32,000 nt of DNA. Origin: Paramicrosporidium saccamoebae KSL3 (lineage: Eukaryota; Fungi; Cryptomycota). Positions 21,500 to 29,999 of the stretch are shown here, piece after piece (within the stretch, counting starts at the first letter, position 1; every line of letters begins with the position of its first letter). Where the stretch lies: assembly GCA_002794465.1 (NCBI GenBank), contig MTSL01000208.1, forward strand, positions 135,793 through 167,792, written 5' to 3'. Under the pieces are notes generated by a model that did not search any database, had not been told where the DNA came from, and saw only the letters and a list, made by a program, of their open reading frames with translations. Both the position numbers and the translations under genes were made by a program.

Positions 21500-22381
21500 T
21501 CACATGCATTCAGACTTGTGCTCGCTGACCCAGTCTTGGAGGGACTTTGGAGGAGTGCCGCAAATATCTTTGAACTCTTCAGTCACCTTTTCAAAGGTGT
21601 TTTCCTGAGCCAATGCGTAAAAGTCCAGCAAGGCCTTGATCTCCACCTCGGGCACATTCTGACTCTTCAGGATGGTACGCGCCTCCTCCGCCGGGATGTC
21701 TTTATAGAGCACCTCCCTTGCACAAAACTTTTCAAAGACTTTGGCCATCTGCTTGCCGTCCAAGGCCTCGGTACCGGTAATGTTATAGGTCATTCCCTTG
21801 TGTGGGGCGCAGTCTTTGAGAATCCAAGCAGCCAGTTTCCCCACATCAGCCACATCAATTGGAGCGAATTTGCCTTCTTTGAGGGGTAGCGGGAGGTGGC
21901 CCTGCTTGATCTGCTGTTTGTAAAGCATGAGGTTCTGCATGTAGAAGGGCACACGGATAATGCACCAATCTGTTGATCCTGTTTCCTTCAGGTCTCGCTC
22001 GATCTGGTTAAAGGGGGCTCCCCACGAGTGACTCGCTCCGTCAGCACCCTGTACTGATAGCAACAGCACAAATTTGACGTTTGCCTCTCGTGCTGCCTTT
22101 ATGTAATTGCAGGCCACCTCTCTCTTGTCATCAGTAGAGGGTGGTACAATGAACAGATCTTGTACATCGCGGAAGCAATCCACCAATTGCTTGTGGTCTG
22201 CACCTTCTGTGACACATGGACAGCATTTGAATGACTTGACAACATCCTCTTGACGAGACTCCTGGCCCTTGTGGATGCCAGCATAGACTTCCATGTTCTC
22301 TCCCACCTGGTTGAGCCATTTGAGGGTCTGAGTGCCGGTTTGGCCGCCGGCGCCAGTAACAAAGACTTTCTTGGCAGTCAT
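21500..22381 (-). CDS. NmrA-like atypical SDR, NAD(P)-binding protein
   Basis: VFVTGAGGQTG Rossmann motif, IIRVPFYMQNL, KFAPIDVADVG and TYNITGTEAL. Intronless. Confidence 0.88.
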   Translation of the reverse strand: MTAKKVFVTGAGGQTGTQTLKWLNQVGENMEVYAGIHKGQESRQEDVVKSFKCCPCVTEGADHKQLVDCFRDVQDLFIVPPSTDDKREVACNYIKAAREANVKFVLLLSVQGADGASHSWGAPFNQIERDLKETGSTDWCIIRVPFYMQNLMLYKQQIKQGHLPLPLKEGKFAPIDVADVGKLAAWILKDCAPHKGMTYNITGTEALDGKQMAKVFEKFCAREVLYKDIPAEEARTILKSQNVPEVEIKALLDFYALAQENTFEKVTEEFKDICGTPPKSLQDWVSEHKSECM

Positions 22382-22792
22382 GAGCTTGTCCGTAGCAACG
22401 CACAGGCGGCTTTATAGTTGTCTCGTTTGGCTCGCCGCGAGGCAGAGCCTACGAGGGCCAATGCATTTTATAGTTTGGCCGTTAAAGGAAGCATCGCCGA
22501 CAATATGTGTTGAATCTTAAGCCTGTTTGTAGTCTTGTCACAAGGCAAATTCTATGGGAGCCAATACACCTCTAGATGAGGTTTGTCGGCCCCAGGGGAA
22601 AAACGAAATGATTGCTACTACATCTATGATTCAATACCATGCCGATGAGTTTATTAAAGGTGGAATGATTAGCTGGGTATTCGTTGCTGGGGGACTAGAT
22701 GTGAAAAGGAGTCAGAGGCGAGGAATGAAAAGATTGTTACTGCATCTACGGCTTGGTATCTTTCCCACTACGCGACAATACACTGTATTTTA

Positions 22793-23077
22793 TTACCATA
22801 GTTTGCCCGTTGTCGGATCCTATTTTGTAAGAGACCTTACCAATGACAGTACCAATTGGACATTGGGAGCGCCTGCAATCCGCTCATCTCGGGCAATCAT
22901 CTTTTTATCCCAGCCATCCACCATTATCCGCTTCGGCTACACCTATCAACGAACCCGTCGTATGCATACTTTGCCATTGTGGAATAGGCGGTACGTGTAG
23001 TCCAAGGCAAGACCGCCGCCCGCTAGAGCCGCTCCAATAATGAGCAGCGGATAGACTGCCTCCACCGGAACCGGCAT
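22793..23077 (-). CDS. NDUFA1: NADH:ubiquinone oxidoreductase subunit NDUFA1/MWFE, 72 aa, 3 exons (not in the ORF track)
   Basis: MPVPVEAVYPLLIIGAALAGGGLALDYTYRLFHNGK|PKRIMVDGWDKKMIARDERIAGAPNVQL|DPTTGKLW*. Introns at 22937-22969 and 22820-22852. Matches the MWFE pattern (VP.EA..P TM helix; D.WD..M..RD.R..G). Confidence 0.85.
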
Positions 23078-23136
23078 GGCCACCCCCGACTATCAAACAG
23101 ATTGTACACAAGTACTTCATTCAAAATATTAACTAA

Positions 23137-23717
23137 TTAGAGACCTGCTTCGGTCATGATGGCAATAAACTCTTGCTCGTTAATCTCACCATCTCCATCC
23201 AAATCAAATTCGTCAATCATGGCACGCAGTTCGTCATCGTCAATATTCTCCCCAAGCTCCAATGCAATGTGACGGAGGTTGCGCAGCGAGATGCGGCCGG
23301 TGCCGTCTTCGTCAAACAACTTGAAGGCCTTTCGAACCTCCTCCAATGGGTCGCGGCTCAGAATCTTTTCCGTCACTATATTTGATGAGAACGCACATGG
23401 TGGGTTACTGAGTTTGTTGAACTCTGAAAATTCAATGCGGTTGGTATTGCTTTTGTCATGTTCCTTGAGCATTTTGAGGATTTCTGGCTTCTTGTACTCA
23501 AAGCCCAACGCCCTCAGCGCGACCTACAACTGAGCATTATTGCGCAGCAAACCTTGAACTCGTGGAAATCCAAAGCGCCGTCCTTGTCCATGTCGAAAAT
23601 CTCAAAGGCCTCGCGGACCTCGGCTTTCTGCTCCTCCGAGAGGTCGCGTGCACGACGACGCGCCAAAAGATTGGCATTGGGTTGGGCGTAGCTGACGGAT
23701 TGATTGATGGTGTTCAT
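23137..23717 (-). CDS. CDC31: Centrin (Cdc31/centrin-3 type), 172 aa
   Basis: Four EF-hand positions; [31 protein letters not shown] and [20 protein letters not shown]. Introns at 23524-23552 and 23376-23408. Confidence 0.93.
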
Positions 23718-23806
23718 TAGTGTGTGGATGTCGTTGAGGGGCCGCTCAACAAAGGGAGGGGTGCGCGGGAAATTTGAGGGTTTGCGGACTTTTGATTGGC
23801 AGGACG

Positions 23807-25320
23807 ATGGACAATGTGCGACAGCTTAGTGAGTTTGTGAACGGAAACGTGGAGCATTTGAATGTGTTGATAGCGTATTAGTGGCGGTGCATGGTTGATT
23901 AGATAGACTGGCAAGAAACCGGCCGTGGAAGCCCATTGTTGAGTTTCTGGCCGAGAATGAATTCAATACTACACGGTATCTCATGTGGTCAGTTATACAG
24001 CTATTCTTAGAAAGATTGCTGCGATTAGAAAGATTTTAAAATCGTACCATTGGCAGATTTATTCATGTCCTAGATTTGAAAACTGCGAGGACGAGGCGGC
24101 ACTGAAGAAGAGATACTTGCAGGTGCGAGTGCAAAAGGCTGTAGAGTCCAAGACTATTTTGACGGAAGAAGAAATTATCCGGAATCTGGAGGCTAGACGT
24201 GCTGAATTAATCCAGCAACTGCGCGAGGGTGACCAGAGGATACAGATGGCAAAGGCAACACTAGAACGGAGAGTCACGAGCTCACTAGCAATGAACGGAT
24301 TAACAGAATTCAAGAATGACATTTGTAGTCTCGCCAGGAACACTGATGAAGCATTGCAGACTTTGGCCAAAGAGGAACCCCTTGCATGCAAAGAGATTCC
24401 AGCGTCATTGATCGTATCTATCACTGGAATAGAATAACCATTAGGTCTCTGTCAAAAATTCCTGTAATGGTCTCGAAAAATCCTTCCAATCGGCAAACAG
24501 GGCCAAAATTAGAGAACAATTTCCAACAAAGTTCAAGTGCGCCGAGATCCTGAAAGCAGTGTGTCATTGTCTTGAAGAGGTTCAATATCAAGCCATTGGC
24601 GTTGGACGAAACGCCTCGGATAAGAAAGACTCTATCACGCAATACAAGAATATTCAGCAGGTGGCTCTTGAACTGGCAAAAATACTGGTCATAATCAAGT
24701 GTGGAGGTAGTAGGGAGGAAGCCGAACGTCGTATTGAAGCTCTCAGGCCTTTTGTAAATATGGACGTGGAACAGGCTCATTTGGATCCAGATCATTCGAA
24801 GAATATGGAATCCAACATGGATAAATCTCTAAAAACGGAAAGGGAAGGAGATCATTTGGATCTGACCTATCTGGGGAGCATACGATCCAACATGGAAGAA
24901 CTATCAGCAAAAATGGCATCTTTATCCACACATACAAATCACATATTCGAAGAATTGGAACAGTCTACGTTGGAATACTCTAGGCTACTGTCAGAGTTGC
25001 CCCAAACTATCGATAGTGCTCAGTCAAAGATTTTGAAAGCACCAATGTACAAGGAACCCGTGATAATTAATGCTCTGGACACGTCCAGTCTCGAATCGGT
25101 TGTAATCCGACATGCCTTGGCTCGGCCGGTGCCAGATTTGCGTTCCTTCATAGAGTCTGTCGACATGACCGAAGCATCCTTGCTAGAAAAGATGCGACAG
25201 ACTAGGTCGAGTGTAGCTCGATGCAAGGACAACTTTTTGAATCGTTCAGCCAAATTTTCTGCCGAATGTCACGCTCTTGAAATGCTTCAGAACCCCGACT
25301 TTAAAGCCCTTTTTCCATAA
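23807..25320 (+). CDS. 461-aa coiled-coil protein, possibly augmin subunit HAUS5/Dgt5
   Basis: Four GT-AG introns (23875-23906, 23976-24010, 24044-24073, 24414-24444) join the 23985 and 24559 ORFs into one 1386-nt frame. The gene itself is well supported; the family assignment is only a by-eye resemblance. Confidence 0.7.
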
Positions 25321-25356
25321 ATCAACTTTTTATGTAGCTCATGTTGCCGTGTCTAA

Positions 25357-25929
25357 TTATTTACAATGCTCGTCATTAGTAGCCAGGACTGATCGCTTTC
25401 CATCCTGTAGATCCCCCTCAGAGTCGGACTCGGCAGATGATGAAGCTAGTGCAGCATAGACAGCGCTCTCCACCGAATCAACAGTCTCCTGCATTGTCCG
25501 TATATAAGTCACATCTTCAAACACTGTCCGCTTGTCTGTACCCTCCAAATCTTTCATCATCTTTTCCTTCTTTTCGGCCTCCCTCCTCCGCTCCATCTCG
25601 GGCTCCCTTCGCAAATATTCCTCAATCAGTCGCGTCTCGTTGACGGTTCGGAGACGTCGGCCAGAGAGGTCGCGGCAAGCATCGTTGCCACCAGAGCGTT
25701 TACGAGCGGACATTTTGTTGCCTTGCGCACGAAGGTTGGAACCAAAGCCGCCCTTACCGCCTGGGAGCCGAAGGCGAATCCGAATGTACGGGCTATCGGG
25801 TCGACGATCAAGCCAGTAGTAAGCCTTCTGCAGACCATATTCTCTGTACAAGTAATCCGGCAAGTCCCTGATGTCGCTATTATACACCCGCCGCCCACAA
25901 CCGGGTATAGTGAGTATCATGGAATTCAT
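25357..25929 (-). CDS. SDE2: Sde2, ubiquitin-fold-activated splicing factor
   Basis: LRLPGG-KGGFGSNLRAQG processing motif and DACRDLSGRRLRTVNE. Confidence 0.92.
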   Translation of the reverse strand: MNSMILTIPGCGRRVYNSDIRDLPDYLYREYGLQKAYYWLDRRPDSPYIRIRLRLPGGKGGFGSNLRAQGNKMSARKRSGGNDACRDLSGRRLRTVNETRLIEEYLRREPEMERRREAEKKEKMMKDLEGTDKRTVFEDVTYIRTMQETVDSVESAVYAALASSSAESDSEGDLQDGKRSVLATNDEHCK

Positions 25930-25972
25930 GCTCTTTGGCCACCCTGGTCAGGCCAACTTGAACGTTCTTCCG

Positions 25973-27972
25973 ATGACAGTGCCACCTCCTCAAGTCGCGA
26001 CCTTCCTCCAAGTCTATCACTTTTTGTTGCAAAATGGGTTCGAAAAGTCTGCATCTGATTACGAAAGTGAGTGCAAAGAGGTATGTGGACTTTGGATGAT
26101 CTGATTTCATAGGTGAAAAAATGGAACAAGGACAACTCTTCGCTCCTCAAGTCCAAGAAGGCTATTGAGCTCCTCGCTAAAACGATTACACCACTAATGA
26201 CCGTCTCCAAAAAGGCTGCCAAGAAGGCCGAATCATCATCAGAAGATTCCTCCAGTGATAGCTCGTCCGACTCTGAGGCTGAGCCGGCACTCAAGACTTC
26301 CACAAAGTATCCCATTGCTCCCCCACCCAAATTTGTTGCTGCCCAAGGTCCCCCTCAGCCAGCCAAGCAGGAGAACATCCGAACTCGCTTCAACAACGAC
26401 AGTAGCTCCGATTCGACCAGCAGTGATTCAGAATCCGAGGTGGAGATTAAGCCAAAGGCCAAGTTGATCGCCAAGAAACAAGTACCATCTAAGACTGCAG
26501 TCAAGAAGGTTGAATCCAGTGATGACTCTTCAGACACCAGCTCGTCTGATTCCGAAGCCGAGAAAGCCGTTGCCAAAAAGGCCGACTCTAGTAGCAGTGA
26601 TTCCTCATCCTCTGAAGAGGAAAAACCTGTAGTGAAGGCTGCCATTAAGAAAGCCGTTGTCAAAAAGGCCGAATCTAGCAGCAGTGATTCCTCATCCGAC
26701 TCGTCCTCGGAGTCGTCCTCGGAAGATGAAAAGCCCGTTGTGAAGGCTGCCGGTAAGAAAGCTGTTACCAAAAAGGCCGAATCCAGCAGCAGTGACTCTG
26801 ATTCCTCCTCTTCTGAGGAGGAAAAGCCCGCAGTGAAGGCTGCCATTAAAAAGACCGTTGCCAAGAAGGCTGAATCTAGCAGCAGCGATTCGTCATCCGA
26901 TTCATCTTCTGAAGACGAAAGGCCGGCTTTGAAAGCGCCCGTAAAGAAAGCTATTGTCAAAAAGGCAGAATCCAGCAGCAGCGACTCTGATTCATCTTCT
27001 TCTGAGGAGGAAAAGCCGGTAAAGAAGACTGCCATTAAGAAGGCCGAATCTAGCAGCAGCGACTCGTCGTCATCCGAGTCGTCTTCTGAAGACGAAAAGC
27101 CGGCTTTGAAAGTACCTGTAAAGAAAGCTATTGTCAAAAAGGCAGAATCCAGCAGCAGCGACTCTGATTCTTCTTCTTCCGAGGAGGAAAGACCTGCGAA
27201 AAAGGCTGCTACTAAGAAGACTGTCGCCAAAAAGGTCGAGTCCAGCAGCAGCGATTCGTCATCTGACTCATCCTCTGAGGATGAAAAGCCCGTGGTGAAG
27301 GCTCCTATTAAGAAAGCCGCTGTCAAAAAAGCCGAGTCCAGCAGCAGTGACTCTTCGTCTGATTCGTCTTCTGAAGATGAGAAGCCTGCTTTGAAGGCGC
27401 CCGTAAAGAAAGCGGTTGCCAAAAAGGCCGAATCCAGCAGCAGTGATTCCTCGTCTGATTCATCCTCTGAAGATGAAAAGCCGACTCTGAAGGCGCCCGT
27501 TAAGAAAGCTGTCGCTAAGAAGGCCGAATCAAGCAGCAGCGATTCTTCATCGGATTCGTCGTCCGAAGATGAAAAGACTGCCAAAAAGTCAGCTTCCAAG
27601 CGCAAAGCCGAGTCATCATCATCTGATTCCAGCAGCAGTTCTGAAGATGAACCCCCAAAGAAGATTAACAAGGCCCTCCCCACGCCCGATGCGACACCCA
27701 AGGACACACCCATCAAAGCACTCTCTGAGCAGAAGCGTTTCCAGCGCGTCGATCCGACCAAGGTCACCTTCAAGGACGATCGCCTTCGTGACAACACGTA
27801 CAAGAACGGCATTGCGGGCACATATGGCGACAAGGCGAGCGAGGACCTGCTTCCGACGCGAGGAAAGTCATTCAAACAGGAAAAGAACAAGAAGAAGCGA
27901 GGATCGTACCGCGGAGGCTCAATTGACACTCAGGGTGTAAATTCCATCAAGTTTGCCAGCGACTCTGAATAA
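25973..27972 (+). CDS. SRP40: Nucleolar phosphoprotein Srp40/Nopp140 (NOLC1), 655 aa
   Basis: N-terminal LisH (VYHFLLQNGFEKSASDYESE) joined by a 32-nt intron at 26081-26112. Alternating acidic-Ser and Lys/Ala/Pro repeats; SRP40_C domain (FQRVDP...GKSFKQEKNKKKRGSYRGGSID). Confidence 0.95.
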
Positions 27973-28091
27973 TTAGGTCCATAGAGTAGATTACTATAAA
28001 GTTCTTTTTGTCTGCAGTAATTCCTTTTATTTGGTTTACTGGGAGATCTCAAGGTGACTAATTGACGGGAAACCGAGTCGTCTCCACAGCC

Positions 28092-28775
28092 CTACAAGAC
28101 CCCAAAGACCAAAGCAAGCATGATATCGTCGTTAGCCAGCTCTGTTGTCGTGACGAGATTTGCCTTTTGTCCTGGATCGGACATGTTCACATTGAGGCCT
28201 TGTGGAGCAAGAATCGAGTCAATCCGAGTTGCACGCATCTCCAGCTCGTTTTCCAAAAGTTCCGACTCTAGAGCTCCACAATTATCTCCTTCAACCGATG
28301 GCTTTGGATGCCCATAGGCACTCTCCTGAAAAAGTTGTTCCAAATGGAGCTCTTCACTGGCTAGTAACAACGGGATTGATTTGTGAGTAACAAGTAAGAA
28401 TCGTTCCAAATCGAGGCAGAATTCTTCCTGCAGGGCGAGGAGCAATTCATCACCATCGCCTGGGCAACGACATCTGGCCTGGTGGTTTTCAAGACCACAA
28501 GTCACACGATCCTGTTTTGTAAGCATTGCGATCCATTTCATTGTATTCGGTACAGCCTCGTCAACATTAACATTTGTCTTCCCAAACTGTAATATGTACT
28601 CGGAAAGGGTCATTGGACCGAACCCGGGCCTTTTGTGACGAAATACTTTTCGGATCCTGCTGCATAGTCTCTGGAGAAGAATACGGAAGGGGATGCGTGA
28701 CTTTGGAGATTGTTCTGAGCAAGGAGCAGGCGCAATACAAAGGGCACTGACACGGGAGGGCTGCATCGACAACAA
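28092..28775 (-). CDS. Hypothetical protein, about 227 aa; ends uncertain
   Basis: Longest ORF in an otherwise empty ~1.1-kb gap of a gene-dense genome; no recognisable motif. Confidence 0.45.
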   Translation of the reverse strand: MLSMQPSRVSALCIAPAPCSEQSPKSRIPFRILLQRLCSRIRKVFRHKRPGFGPMTLSEYILQFGKTNVNVDEAVPNTMKWIAMLTKQDRVTCGLENHQARCRCPGDGDELLLALQEEFCLDLERFLLVTHKSIPLLLASEELHLEQLFQESAYGHPKPSVEGDNCGALESELLENELEMRATRIDSILAPQGLNVNMSDPGQKANLVTTTELANDDIMLALVFGVL

Positions 28776-28916
28776 GCGCTTGGTCTCCCGTTGCCTAGCA
28801 CCGTCTTATGGTCGTCCCATGGACTGGCACAATGATTGGGTCATCGGTTCCCATGGAGCCCTCCGTAGAGCCGTGTTTGGAGCATTCCCAAGTGGGACGG
28901 ACTCTTGGATGGACTA

Positions 28917-28978
28917 ATTGGCTGGACGATCTGAAGCAATTCTGCTCTGATTGGCCAGAGTCGCGAGTCAATAAATAG
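28917..28978 (+). promoter_or_regulatory. Putative antizyme promoter: two reverse CCAAT boxes and a TATA-like ATAAATAG
   Basis: ATTGG at 28917 and 28950 (33 bp apart); ATAAATAG at 28971-28978, the same octamer as at 5000-5007. Confidence 0.4.
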
Positions 28979-29104
28979 GAGGCGAGTAAGCGAAGCCGAC
29001 GCTAGTTCACGCAACAAGGCACATCCACAGACTCGCTTATTCGCCTATTCGGTTATCCTCTTATCGAACACTAAACCCTCTGACACCAAAACCAAGCCAA
29101 ATCA

Positions 29105-29798
29105 ATGCAGGAATCCTTCCTTTCACGCTCCACCTCGCCAGCGGGGAGTCTACATAGCGTCCGCGCCAAAGTAGTCATCCCGGGCGAGGATTTAGCCATC
29201 CGCTCGACTTGTGCGGCGGTGTGTGTAGTGGACCGTTGTAGCGCGCACCGACGGGAGACGTTTTATTATCACATTGGTAAGAAAAGCGGGTGGTGCTCCT
29301 GATGTCCGCTCGGGGTCGTCGCTGAGTATGGGCGCAGTCGCCCGGCCTTCCTCCCACGAGGCTGCACAGGTCGCTGAATTCCTTAAGGTTTCGGATGACT
29401 TTCGAATGACACTGACCAACGGAGATGTGGATATGGGAGTGGGGGTGGGGGTGGAGGATCGACTGAGAATTGCCCAACCCGTGTCGGTAAACTGGAATGA
29501 CATTATCTTCTATGACGGCTTTACCGTAGATATGGGCATCGAAAAGATATTGCTGGCCAAATTCCCGAGAGCCGACGGCTGGCTGGATGACGACTTTACG
29601 CCGGCAGTGTTGGCTTTGATTGAGCTGGCCGAAGTCATCTTGGACTGCGATCGACTCTATGTCTGTATTGATAGAAATGCCACTGAAATTAACTGTCTCG
29701 TCCGCTCCTTGTTGTATGTTGGATTTTCTGTAGCCGAGTCGCCCTTTTCTTCCCAGTCGGCCGAAAAATACCTGATGCTTTCTTATGAAACTGAATAA
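29105..29798 (+). CDS. OAZ1: Ornithine decarboxylase antizyme, expressed by +1 programmed ribosomal frameshift (230 aa)
   Basis: ORF1 (65 codons) ends ...FYYHIGKKSGWCS at TGG TGC TCC TGA (29291-29302). The +1 frame from 29301 encodes the antizyme domain (AVLALIELAEVILDCDRLYVCIDRN...LVRSLLYVGFS...YLMLSYE). Confidence 0.96.
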
Positions 29799-29989
29799 AA
29801 GCTGTAAACATCGTAGAGGCAGTCTGTCAATCACCTTGTAAAGTTGTAAAAATCGTCGAATCAATTTGTCAATCACCCCATCAAGCTGCAAAATTGATCG
29901 GTCCATCACCCCCTATAATTGCAAAGGAGTCGTGCGTCAATCACCCACAGAAAGCTATAACAATCGTAGAAGCAGTTTGGTAATCATCT
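29799..29989. repeat. Five degenerate tandem units of 33-42 bp between the convergent OAZ and DTWD1 stops
   Basis: Units start at 29799, 29841, 29883, ~29916 and 29952, each with an aagctgtaaa-like head. GTCAATCACC-like cores at 29826, 29868, 29901, 29936 and ~29980. Confidence 0.8.
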
Positions 29990-29999
29990 CAAATGCTTG

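Noticed and set aside
22554-23000. 148-aa plus-strand ORF between the NmrA-like gene and centrin
   Set aside because: No motif, and it overlaps the better-supported minus-strand NDUFA1 gene.
11204-25929. Co-location of UBR1 with SDE2, whose processed form is an N-degron substrate
   Set aside because: About 10 kb and many unrelated genes apart; most likely coincidence.
26355-27929. 524-aa antisense ORF opposite SRP40
   Set aside because: Shadow of the repetitive Ser/Lys/Ala codon pattern. It has no domain of its own and spans little more than the repeat region.
29175-29909. 244-aa ORF antisense to antizyme
   Set aside because: No motifs; explained as a shadow frame.
29799-29989. Repeat-spacer appearance suggesting a CRISPR array
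   Set aside because: Eukaryotic context, degenerate units, spacers related to each other and no cas genes.
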